DNA of 64,000 bases from Ramazzottius varieornatus. Taxonomy: Eukaryota; Animalia; Tardigrada. Of this stretch, positions 25,075-37,388 are shown one piece after another; the first letter of the stretch is position 1, and each line of letters starts with the position of its first letter. A program made the translations under genes and the position numbers. The stretch is taken from NCBI GenBank assembly GCA_001949185.1, contig BDGG01000004.1:2319620-2383619 (forward strand), in the 5' to 3' direction. The notes beneath the pieces are model-generated. The model did not search any database. It was not told the DNA's origin and worked only from the letters and a program-made list of their open reading frames with translations.

Positions 25075-26612
25075 TAGTGAATCTATAATTCTTTGTTCTT
25101 TCCGCTTTTTAGCCTTTTTCTCATCCGTGATTTTCTCCGATCGAAAAACATGGTTTAGGTTGCCAATATTGCTTCAGTGGGTTCGTTCTGTTAATTCTGT
25201 CATTGGTTGTAGGTATCCCTGCATGGCTGTGTCCGATGACCACTGTATACAGACCGTTTAACCAACCGGCTGGACTGAGCACTGTGCTCTGCAGTGCGGA
25301 GTCTGGATAATGAGAAATGGTGATTGGTGAGACACGGGATTCGGACAAAGCGGCGTCCGGGTCCGGGATGGCTTACACAAGCAAAGATGGATGAGTCATC
25401 AAAGACGTCACGGGCTTCGTCTGGTCGATATTATTCTCCATCATCCCTGTTCTCTATCACATCTCACATTCAGCCCGTAGCATGTGCTCGTCCCCCTTCC
25501 GTTCCCGATATGCCACTCCATGGAAAAGGGAAGACAGAGGCTGGTGTGCCTTCATACTCAGCTATACAGGTTTGGAGCGATTAACGCTTGATGTTTTCGA
25601 TTGCTTTGGCAAAGTTTTTGCCGTGTGGTCCAATTTGCAGTGTGTTCTGCATGTAGCTGTCCCGTCGTCAACTTCCTGCGCCGATGTGCTCCCGACGAGG
25701 CAGGGTACAGAATCGTTTACTCGACGAGACCATTCGCACACTACACAAAGGTATTTTGTCCACACGCTATTGCGAATTCCTGGGACGCGAGCGTAGTTTG
25801 GTGTGCTGCCTGGGTACCTGACTCGACGCGCCTTTTGGCATATCCTGCTCGCACCACGTGAAAACTCTTCCGGAGCCCAACTGACCTTCCTGGAAACTTA
25901 GACGTCGACGACAGTATTTCGTTATCAACGGTGAGTTACCTTGTACAGTTCGAACTTTATAGTACTCTTATCTTGCCTACGTGCCGTATGGCGCTGCACC
26001 GTCACAGGCTCGCACCTTCCATCGAGTGGCATTGGTAATGGCCATCCACCACGAACCTGTTAGTTCGCGCTGACATGCGCAAAACGGTGCTCGGCTTTTC
26101 CTTGTCGACACTAAGTTTTTTGAACGTTCGTGCATCGTGAGATATGAGTACCCAGCGCTAAGCATGTTCTCTTGAGAGCAAAGTTAGTCTAGCTGGCTAA
26201 CTCGGTATTTGAGTGAAGTATGCAAAATTTTGAAATCGCGGTTGTTGTTTTCCTTCGCGAAATTCCCCGGGAACGCTGTTTTCGATCCAGCGATATTTTC
26301 TGAGATCCATCAGTATGGGACATTTGTGTATGGCCCATAGTGCGAACCAGCTTCACGAGCTGATGGTAAGATTCCTTCTCGATGGTCCATATTGCCGTCG
26401 TGGAAGCGGTCAAGTCGGGAAGGGGAACTATCTACTGAATTAGCAGACAAGCTTCATAATTGTTCTTGATAGGCTGGTTCCATCGGCTAATTCGATAATG
26501 AATAGTTAATCATGGGTACCATACAATCTCTCTGTACTTGCCAGTGGTTGTTTTCTGTGTTGCAGGGGATATTTGAAGCAAGATCAAGAGACAGCGCAGC
26601 GAACCCACGGTG

Positions 26613-29600
26613 ATGTCAAATGAACGGCGATTACGTATGGGACTGAAGTTGACGTTGGAAGACTCAACGTCAAGCGCCAGCAGTGCCAAAGCTAATCAGC
26701 AGCCATGGTCGATTTCTGCCGCGTCAACGCCCTGCGGTCCCTCCTTTTCCAAAGCCCGAACTCCCACCAGCTTCTCAGCCGTAAATACCCCAGCCAGTCC
26801 CTCGACGCACCTCGACATCCTTCAGTGCCTCACACTACAAGGAAGAACTCCAACAGGTGCTGCCCATTGCTTTCTCCTTAGGAAACGCCGACATTAAAAT
26901 CAAATTTTCAAAACCACTGACATGAATTATTTTACTGGTTTTTAAAAAATGTTTTTCTTCTCAGTTTTCTTGCAGCATTTACGTACTCGTTCTTCGATAA
27001 CTGTAAAATTCAGTTCTGCTGACACCTGTACCCTTCGATATTATCATTTTTCATAGGTACTCCAACCAACGAGGCTCTTCCGGCTTTCCCGTCCGGTTTC
27101 CCCTGTGGATTTCCGGGTTCGCCAGCCGGAGCCAGTGGAAGCTTCGGACTGAACAGTCCTTTAGAGACCAGTTCCAACAAGTTGCCAATGGGGCCTAAGG
27201 CTGTTCTACCTGAGGAACTAGCCAAGCGCATGCGGCGACCCAAACCCTTCTTGTTGCTCGACTGTCGGCCCGAGTTTATGTTCAGAATGAATCACATTTA
27301 CGGAGCCGTTAATGTGAACATAAGTGATCGTTTAACGCGTCGGCGTCTACAAGGCAAAGTCTCCGTCTTTGACGTCCTCTCAACCAAGGAGGCCAAGGCA
27401 CTGTACCGCAAACGAGTTCTTCGCGAAGTGATCGTATACGACGAGAGCACCATGGACTGGACGGGACTTCCACCCGTGCATCCCCTGCAGCTCCTTCTCA
27501 GCTCACTGAGGAACGATGGAAAAGATCCAGCTGTTCTAATAGGTAAGAGCCATGTTTGACTATGTTCCGCTCATCATTTCAAGCCTGTGTATATATTTGG
27601 GTAACTATTCCTCCAAGTCACCATAAGACTTTCTTACATGTATGTTTAGTTAAGAATAATTGGCAAGACGATACGCTTGATATTGTGGATGATTCATGCC
27701 GGCCATGTTTGTTTGGCCTTCTTCGACATCCATATTCGTCCACGAGTGTATCTAGATTATTCTCACACTGTTCATTGAGAAAGCATGAGAGTTCATCCGA
27801 AAAGCTCTCGAGCGGCACCAGGGTACCGCGCAGGAAACTCTCCACAACTCCCCGCATGTCTGAATAACCACTAACGCCAGTGTAAAACAATGTGCCGAAA
27901 AGCTCCGATCCGAGAAAGTAGATGGGCAAAGTGGATCGTTTCCACGTGCGCAACTTATTCTGCATGTCTCGAGCGATAAAGTCGGTGCGACTTTGCTGTG
28001 ACTATGTTGAAAGTCTCTGACGGCCTTCCAAGTCAAGGATATTCATTCCATATATCATGCTAACCCGTATTTATAGTTTCAATGATGTAAAGTAGTCATC
28101 AGGAAGTAGCGCTTTTAAGGGTAACTAGGTTAAAGCTGATGCGGGGTCAGTTGGCGGGATGAAGTACGAGATCGAGCACAACTTTGTCGTCTTATCTAAC
28201 ACTGAAGTCTCTCTATCGCGCTATATCCGACTACTAAATATCTTGGCAAACTATGTATTGACTGCTGCGGTTGAAATATATGCGACTGTGAGTCACAAGT
28301 TTTGACGGTCTAAAAATGCTTGGTGTGTCATAGTATTTCAGCAGCAGATGTTCGCATGGAGGCACTTTAGTCAGAGCTCATCACCGTGAAGCTACGGTTA
28401 GTTTGCTTCTCCATTTAGCGCAACATATATAAGTTGACCGAGGTACATAGTACATACTGTCGAAATATACGTACTTGCTTGTCGAAAAGGCACCACCATA
28501 CATAGTCGATTGACTTTTGCGCGATGGTGTACCGTATAATTCGACGTAAACACACGCCGCACTTTTTTGGCTCTTAGTCAAGCTCAACATTCGCAGTGAC
28601 GCATAAGTTTCTTACAAATCTGAAACTGCGAGTTTAGTTAGGTGTGCTTTCCGGAGATCCCAACCACCACTCTTTTCCTCGTTGTTCATTCATCACACAG
28701 ACGCTTGGTCTGACTAATTATACCGATATATTGCTGGGTCGATCTTTGAGGAGGACAATATGGCCAAATGCGCAAATGGAAACACTAGCTACGGGAAGAT
28801 GCGATCGGCCCAATTGACCTTTTGTTGCTTGACAGGCGGCTTTACGGACTTTCATGCCCAATATCGGGAACTCTGCGACGGAACCGTCATGAAGCCTGCT
28901 CAAAACGTTCCGACTGGTCCTTTGCTCGGAAGCCCCACCAATTCGCCCACCGACATCGACCTGGAAAAGGTGGAAGCTTCGCAGGTTCTTCCTTTCCTGT
29001 ATTTGGGCAATGAGAGAGATGCAGCTGATATGAATCGACTTGCTAGTCTCAAAGTCACCCATGTTCTCAACGTTACTTCGCATTCGCCCTGCCATTACGA
29101 GAAGGAAGGGATTCGGTACAAACGATTACCGGCATCGGACAGTGGGCAGCAAAATTTGGCGCAGTATTTCAAAGAAGCCTTTGAGTTTATCGGTAAGCCT
29201 TGCATCTGAAGAAAAACCTCATAAAACCAATAGTTATTATCTCCTGAAGCAAGCAAAACTAAGTGCTGTTGAAATAAGATGGCAAACGAAACGTACGAGC
29301 GCCATTTCAAGTGGCGCACGGGCACAGCTATATTGGCTGGAAGCGAGCGCCACTGTGGGTTAGCAATCTTGCAACTTTTCTTTGCGGGATGAAATTGATG
29401 AAATTTTTTTTTATTCTAATTTGTTTTCAATCGCTGTATATCTGAGTTGAAGAATTATGTTTGAGGTTTCCGCTGTTCTTTCTAGATGAAGCACGGAACG
29501 CCAGTTGCAACGTTCTCATACATTGTCAAGCTGGGGTCTCTCGGAGCGCGACGATCGTCGTGGCGTACTTGATGCATCACAAGAAGATGAGCATGGACGA

Positions 29601-29805
29601 AGCGTATCGGCTTGTCAAGGCAAAGCGATCTGTGATATCGCCTAATTTCAACTTCATGGGACAATTGATGGAATACGAGCAGGCACTGAAGAAGCTGACG
29701 TCGATGGAAGCTGAATCGCCCACTGCATCCGGGTCCGCCAGCTCGACCTCCTCGAAAAGCGGTGCGAGAAAACCGAAAATCCTCAGTATTGAGACCAGCT
29801 TGTAA
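26613..29805 (+). CDS. DUSP10: Dual-specificity MAP kinase phosphatase, DUSP10/MKP5-like, spliced
   Basis: Rhodanese/CH2 domain (LLLDCRP, KIM motif LTRRRL), [27 protein letters not shown], catalytic [20 protein letters not shown]. Confidence 0.88.
29281..29354. repeat. Palindromic dispersed repeat (family B), DUSP intron
   Basis: ggcaaacgaaacgtac...aagtggcgcacg-...attggctgg...-gcgccact. Confidence 0.65.
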
Positions 29806-30713
29806 ATAAACATTTCTTGAGAAACCGACCACGAACTTCCCGAATACGGCCTTGGAAAGAGAACCCGTCCTACTGACGTCAGCGATCAGGGTCCACCAAC
29901 TACTGGAATAGTTGTAGTGTTATCTTCGGCTGGGCCCTCAACGAGCTGTTGTACAGTGGTCGATTTTGTCCTTTGATCTGATCTCACAAACTGATCTCTG
30001 TGCTTGGTACATTAAATTTCAACTGTTTCATATCAATAAACCGTGTACATAAATACTAAATTATAATATAAAAAACCTCGTATTAACTCACAACGACGAC
30101 GAGATGGCGGCGACTTCCGCATGCGTCAAAACCCTTAGTTCAGAGTTAAACATCTTAGTTTAAAGTTAAACACATGATCAGGTTCTTTTGTCCGGTTTCT
30201 CGGCAAATTTTTCTGTGGAGTTGGCAGAGTCCGCTGAGCAAAAAGTGCGGAGTGAATCCTGCGCCTGAAGGTCCTTGTTATCAGTCACATTTTGTTTCCA
30301 GGCTCATAATTCTAAGTTCAAGACAAAATGCTTCTCACATGTAACGGCTTGCGGCATCTGACTTTCAGCAATGACAATAAAGTTCGCGTTACACTGCAAG
30401 ACTAGTCAGGTGCCGGGAGCGAGTTACCTGGTCAGAAGTACCCTGGAAAAGTGAAAACCCGCAGATGCTGCACGTTAAATTTGCAAGTAAATAGGTCCAG
30501 GATCTTCCGCACACAGGACAAGGAAGCCGTTGTCCACGTGAATTCTTTTCTTAGCAAGTATGACCTGAACGTTGCCGTTTATCCTGCGCATTATTTATTT
30601 TGGTCATGGCGGGCAAACCTGTTTGTGACTGGCATGTTGTGCTCACGTCTGCTGACGAATATTTCTGTATCCACAGTTCCTGTTGGATGTGCTGACCGTG
30701 GATATTTATCGGG

Positions 30714-30894
30714 TGACTCACTGCTTCCTGGTTATCATTATGATGTGGTCCAGTAATCCTCTGCATCGGCCATCTGGCGCGTGAGCCATGACATGATGAC
30801 AGTGACGTTAACCTCTGGACTTTGGTCAATCGGACAAAACAGGATGACTCAGCCACAGAAGACTGGCACTGTGCAGTGATGTCCGAATGAGTCA
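30714..30894. promoter_or_regulatory. Cluster of three AP-1 consensus sites (TGASTCA)
   Basis: TGACTCA 30714-30720, TGACTCA 30845-30851, TGAGTCA 30888-30894, downstream of the DUSP gene. Confidence 0.4.
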
Positions 30895-31160
30895 CACAGA
30901 CAACAATTTACTACCGAACTGCGGATGTAAACACCTGCCGCAAAGTTTCAATTACCGATGCTGACACGTCTCGACTCTTTGGGTGGCTTTGAGCTTCTTT
31001 ACCGGCCAGCTCGGCTACACGAACAAAAATTTTCAGACTGCGTGTACAACTAAGAAACTCTCAGAACAGTTACTTCGCTCCACTGTACAAAATTCAAGTG
31101 TCAAAATCAAGCAGGAGACCTACAACAGGAAACTTTGAAGACTTTCGGTTAAACTACTAA

Positions 31161-33544
31161 TCACAGGCGAAATGGCGTATGAGTCGAATCGGAAGGTAGA
31201 CTTGGCGTCGTGGGCGTACTGAGCGAAGCAAGCGAGACAGGAACAGAAGTGGCTATCCGGGCAGAAACCGTCTCGAACAAATGTGCGACATTCGTATCTT
31301 CGACCTGCAAAGGGCGAAGATACCAATTACAAGCAGCGAAAGTGTGAATATAAATGACTACAGTAAGAAAGATTGATTCGATAACTTACCTGTAATATAA
31401 AGTCAGCGAAAATCTGTTCTCTGTAACTCGACTCCAACTTTGGATAGACGTGGTACATCAGCCGCAAGATATGGAGAGCTCTACTAACAGGGTCCGTTAT
31501 CTTCCCAAGATACTCTCGGAAGACGCAGTCAGCAAAAGGTACGGACCATCGATGCTCTTGTGCTGTCTGTGCCAGAATGACCAGGATGTTATGCACAATC
31601 TGGTTATCCTTCAGCGCCGCTTCACCCACGAACTGCGGAAACAGGCGGAAGAGTTCCATCACGAGCTCCTGTTCGTTCGATCTCAGCAAGTAAGCGATCC
31701 ACTGTATGATCAACCATACAGCCACTGGTTCCTTCTGCAGATGCGGGAGTAGCGTCTGCACACCCACCACCGCTTTCTTCAGTTTCTCATGTCCAGTGAT
31801 CAGTTTACTCATGGCCGAGACCATAACTGAGCAGAGCCTCGGTAGGAACTCACAACATATCACCGTACCGTTCTTGTTCTCTTTGGCTATCGTCCCTGAG
31901 AAATACTCTTTAGAGTGTGTACTAATATTTATGAGTCTGAGAAAGAACAGCAACATGTTATTGTCTCGTGGTAGGTCGTTCTGGTTGACGACAGCTTGGA
32001 CTAAGCGGACTGCGCTGTGAGCACTGAAGTAGGTGACCTGTGGATCGGCTAAGAGGAGAGCGATCTCACGGAAGATGTCGATGTGTTTCTTCTTGATGGA
32101 ATCGAGCACTTCGGTGATCTCTGTGCGCCGCTTTGGGTCGACGTGTCGTGCTCGAACGCAAGCGTCGATGCAGTAGGCGAACTTATACAGAACGCCGTCC
32201 TGTTTGTCGATTAGTTGGGGCTGACGCTCGTGAAAGAGAATGAGCAGATCGAGGCGGAGAGTTCCGTAGTGCGGAATACCGGTGCTCTGGTACCTTTCGT
32301 GGAGAAGCTTGTTCACGACTATGTACAGAGGAACGGTGTCTCCTACGTTCTCGACTATCTTCAAAGCCGCGGGATCTTGTCGACGCACATTACCTGAAAC
32401 ACGGCAGAACACAAAAGGTAAAGTGTGTCTGATACGAAGAAATTTATAGTACTGTATACTTTGTTTTCCAGGCGTGGGGAAGGTTGGTAAAACATAACAT
32501 AGCGCCATCTCACACACCTGCATAAATCGACCGATGCTTATTCTGTAATGTCAAAATATGCAGGTGCGTGCCGGTTATATACATCTTCACTTAAGAGCCC
32601 TTAGTAATTAGAGTACTGTAGTTCAGCTCGGCTACATGGATGTCGATGGTCAAAACAGAAAGGATGTGGTGCTGCTTACCTGGAACAGTGTACAGTCCTT
32701 TGGAAGGTTCGACGTCATACATGCTGCGAACCCTATTCGCTATATACTCGTCGATCAGCAACAGTGTTTCCGCTTCGAAGATGTCTTTCCGATCCAACCA
32801 TATCTGCCGCCTTAACGCAATATCACAGACATCGTAAAGCTCTTTACTCTTGATGATTTCCTCTTTGTACCTGTCCTCCACGGAATGCAGGCTCTTCAAC
32901 ACCGAGAGAACGATCGGGCGAATGAGCGGTAGCTTCAGGCCAGTGAAACACTTGTCTAACAGCTGATCCAGCGGCTTGGATTTACCCGCCGTCTGCTGCT
33001 TCGACAGGACAGCAATCTTATCTAGTAGCTCCTGTTTCAGTTTACTCACACAGGAATGGTGGAAGTCTGAGCGCGTAATGTCCATAAGATCGAGCAGTGC
33101 GACAGCCGGTTTCAGAGTGGGCACCAGAACACCTTCGTCGATCCGAAACTGCTCCAGCATAACTTGCGGATCGTTACAGGTAGTCAATTCGCTATGCAGG
33201 TATCTCGATCCACGAAGTCCGTATACATCTTCCAGGTTGTTCTGGAACAGGAACCATCACAATCGTTACACGGTCGGATAACATCTACTCTAGTTAGTGC
33301 AATTCCATACTTTTCCGTTCACGAGCTGTGTGGGCTGGGGCGCTTCGTTTCTCTTTTTGGATCCGCTTCTACCGTTGTCAGTATCCTCCAGTGTTTCTCG
33401 CTTGCGCTTCGAGCCTCTGCGTGGCTTTGGATCTGCAACAGGATCCGCTGGAGCATTCTGGACGTTCCGCTTTGACTTATTCCGCGTGCCTCGTTTTGAC
33501 GATGGGCGTTTCTTCCCAGTCGCCTTCCTGCCCTTCGCAGCCAT
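31161..33544 (-). CDS. NELFB: Negative elongation factor B (COBRA1), spliced
   Basis: LTTCNDPQVMLEQFRIDEGVLVPTLKPAVALLDL, RRQIW, HYGTLRLDLL, YKFAYCIDACVR, LPRDNNMLLFFLRLI. Stop at 31161-31163. Confidence 0.92.
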
Positions 33545-34626
33545 GGTGGGTCACAGCCAGATCAAATCTATACAGGAACAGTATAACAGCAACAGGTACA
33601 GATTTTGAAAGTCAGATGTGATCCACTCTTCCTCCATGGATCCATCTAGATGATAGATAGATCCGCGATTCGCAAGAGTTTTGTAATCAACAATCAAGAA
33701 CCTGTTTCGTATAATTGAATGTTGCGCACCAGTAACCTAAACCGAACTCTGCAAGCTAGAATTTCGTACGCATGTGCAAGTCGAGGTAGCGTAATGCTGC
33801 GCATGTCTTTGACGAGGGGGTTGAGGGGTTCCAAAACGTTGTAATGACGGTGCATTGATTGAGCAGTCACAGCAACTTGCTTGATTGATACGATTTGGAG
33901 CACTGGTTTCCTACATTGTACCGTACGACAAAACTAACTGTTAAAAATGGGAGTAACATTCCAGCTGAGCGACTCAGCCAATGAGAATTAGGTTTCGCTG
34001 CATGCGCAAATTTCATTGGCTTTAATCATCCGGCTCCATACACTCATTTTTGACGGTTTATTTTGTCGCACATTGTACTGTGACCTGTGTTATGTTACAG
34101 CTCAAATGACCGTTACAGGACAACGTATCAGTGATACCTCTAACATAACTAACGTAGAGGGCAGCACTCAGGGAACCATAGTTTCGAAGGTTTTTTCTTC
34201 GATCGCTGGAATCACTTCCGCTTCTCAAGTCCAAGCACAATTTCATCACTGTAGGCGAATCACATTGCCAGTTAGTGCAGTTAACCTAGAACAATATTTG
34301 TTGGACGATGCATTTCGGAATTAAATTTGTGTGGTACAGATGCAACAAAATTCGTTATTGTGGAAACTTGAAGACCGTTGCGATAGAATACAGAAATGCT
34401 TCTTGAACTTCGCGGCCTTCACAGGAAGCATGTGCTGTATGCGTCATCATACCCGTAAACTCTCCGCGTACTGTGACGTCGTTTCGCGAAGTTCAAGAAG
34501 CATTACAGAAGTTGTAACAGGCATGATTAGTTGGGTACTAAGTCTGAAAACCGGAGGTCTTCGAGCCAGGCTCATTCATGATGGGTGCAGTTACACATAT
34601 TTGATAATGCTACGAGTCTGGCATGG

Positions 34627-35551
34627 TCATTCCCGGAACCCTTCCCGAATCTTTTCTGTTGTCCAACTTATCCATATTTTGTAAATCCTCTCCATATTTT
34701 CCGTGTACGCATCTGCTAGTGTCGTTTGCAGGGCAAACACCAAACACTTCTCCATCCGCTCGAAGTAGCTTTCTTGGAACCCAGGGACTGTTTTGTGCTG
34801 GCGTCCGACCCTTTTCAGATTGGTGAGTAGAATGTCGACGTTGTCCGAGTCTTGGACTGCTTGGTCGTACGGCGTAATATGAGCGAGTGCCGCTTCTTCA
34901 AACTACAAAACAAGATACTTGCAAGCAAATCCTGCAGACCTCACGAGTTACCGTGATCGATGTGCTGATAGACCTACGTACCGATTCATCGTTTCGAAGT
35001 TGATCGGGCGTTTTGGCTTTAAACTTCGGGAAAAGGTCTTTCATGTCCGGATGCTCGATGAAGAGCCTATAATGCACAGCGATAAAATTACGAGCGGAAT
35101 GGTCTTCATACGGATCCGGGTCCGGTATTAATTCCACAGGGAACTCACTTCAGAAGCATTTCCTTTCCCGCAGATTCCAAGTTTCGGGAGAATGTTTTCC
35201 AGCTTTTCACCAAACTGAATTTGTCTCTGAAATAAATCATCAAGACAAGATAGTATGCGCGCAGCTTGTGCTGTAAATTTGCAGGCAACCGTTTTTTCAT
35301 ACTCCTCGTGTTTTCCAGCACGTTCGAAGTATTTTCTAGTTGATCCGGGATTGTTGTAGTAAATCTCTGCATTGTAGTACATTAAGTTCATTGCTTGCAC
35401 GTCTTATATGGCCGTACCTGGCTGTGAGAGGAAAGCGCGGATCGATAGCAGGAGCAGCTTGTTGAGGGAGCTGATTATTGGTATCCGCTGTTGACTTGGT
35501 GTTGTTTTTCTCCTTTGACTTGGAAGATGATTTGGATGGCTTAGATCCCAT
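34627..35551 (-). CDS. Globin with N-terminal myristoylation motif and His at E11 (Kumaglobin-like), 4 exons
   Basis: Exons 35551-35418, 35226-35149, 35066-34982 and 34902-34627. Translation includes SLVKSWK (A helix), LFIEHPDMKDLFPKF (B-C-CD1 Phe), FEEAALAH (E helix), VGRQHK (F8 His) and YFERME. The B12.2 intron is present. Confidence 0.92.
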
Positions 35552-37388
35552 ACTAATACTGCATAGTATGGTGGATTCCCAGGTAGAAAAAACGATGTGC
35601 CAGCAAGATCACCTCTTCCTCATAGTACAAAGACGGGATAAAGGGCAGACCGCCCTAATTACACTGTAGCGCAGTATTACAGGTTGTAAAAGTTTTTGAG
35701 ATAGGCTGCCGCAGAACTGCAAAATGATAAATTCATCTCTGCATTCCACATATAAGTTTACAGCACGTTCTATGAATAAAAGAAATCTGAGCTTTCAGAA
35801 CGTTAATGGGCTGCATTTGCACAATGGAGTAATTCCGCATCAGAGACCAGAGCCGCAGATTGACATCATAGCAGACCCATCAACGTATCAATCTCGTAGA
35901 GTGTAACAACACGATCATCCACAACCGCAGAAAAGGCAACCAAGTACGCGAGCTGTAATCAAGAACCCAGCGCTAACTATCCTTTAATCTGTCGAGAAAC
36001 CATCGGAAAAATATGATAATCTTGTATTACAATGCTGCTAATGCATGCCTGCGTGAAAGGATGGGAGAATCGTTGTCCGCGAGCACATATATGGGCCATT
36101 GATGGATCAGCACAGTGGTACACAGCAAGGAAGAGTACGCTGTATAGGGACCATTCTATGCGGAACGTGGTGCACTATTGTGCAGACCAAAAGATCCATA
36201 ATATTTAAAATTTGATTATGAACAACCAGAAGCTAGCTTCCGCAGCATTAAATTACTCACTGTACGGCAGATGCGGTGTAAGATATACGCTGACAGTAGA
36301 AAATGCTTGCTCAAGTCCTCGCGGCCTTCTTTCAAGGAGGCAGAAAACTTGTACAAAGCTCTCTTCACGTCAGCTCTTCATTAAGCAAGCACGCTTCGTG
36401 CTGCGTACTTCCTCCCCGGTTGGGATCGCCGATCGGGAGTCAGAAGCTCTGATATAACCAGTGTTCAACGCGTCAGGCTGTACAGCCGTATGAGAGGTCT
36501 CTGCCTTCATCAAGCTCTTCCGCGGTGTAAATCATAAGACACGGTGAAGGCAACGATCGATATTTTTTCGTTGCGAGCTCTCCCAGCGCACTGTACGGTA
36601 CGTCCTTCTGTTCCTTTGAATTCCATGTGCTTCCGCCTCCAGCTGGGCTGGCGAACGTTTTGTGCAACCAAGGTGACTCCGGGGGCACCAATCAACTGTC
36701 ATACCACCTATTGTGCTGTGCATGCTCTATAACATTAGGCGCAACTCGTCGCTTGATCAGTTGATTTATGTCATAATGATTTCTGACGTAAACTATGACT
36801 CACATGCTGTCAGTAACGGATAGGTTACACCGTCACAGGCGCATACTCGAATTCAAGTTTTCAATATTTTCGTTCCCGAAACCCCGATTTCTCTGTTCAT
36901 CAATATCCTTCGATTGTTCCCAAAACTCCCTGCTCTTATTGATAAGAATCATCAGCACAAGACTCTTGGCTGGAGTTTACTATGATGACGAACGAAGGCA
37001 CATGAATCAAACGGCACGGTGAGTCGTCATCTTGTCCGTCTTTGGAAAGATTGCTGTAGATTTCGACATCTGCCGTATCCGTGGTGTTTCGATGATAATC
37101 CTATATCGCTGACTTCTTGACAGTTGCAGGTGGTGTTATCTGTCTTGGAGTAATGGTCATCGTTTGCCGGGGATGGTTCTGAAGCTGTATTTCCGCCAAA
37201 GCACATTGCTTCTCGTTTAGTGTTTTCTGACGATCGGGATTGACGGCTGATGTGCGGACACGTATTTTCTCTTCCTGTCTGCTGCATTCCCATCATATTC
37301 TTCTGAAGAGAACGTTCTACCGCAGCCGCAAGTTGAACTATAAGGACCACGGACGTGATTCAAACATCCGGATTGGTCTGACATCATC

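Noticed and set aside
25324-25584. ORF upstream of the DUSP as a possible first coding exon
   Set aside because: An in-frame stop precedes the ATG at 26613 in the next exon, so it cannot extend the phosphatase.
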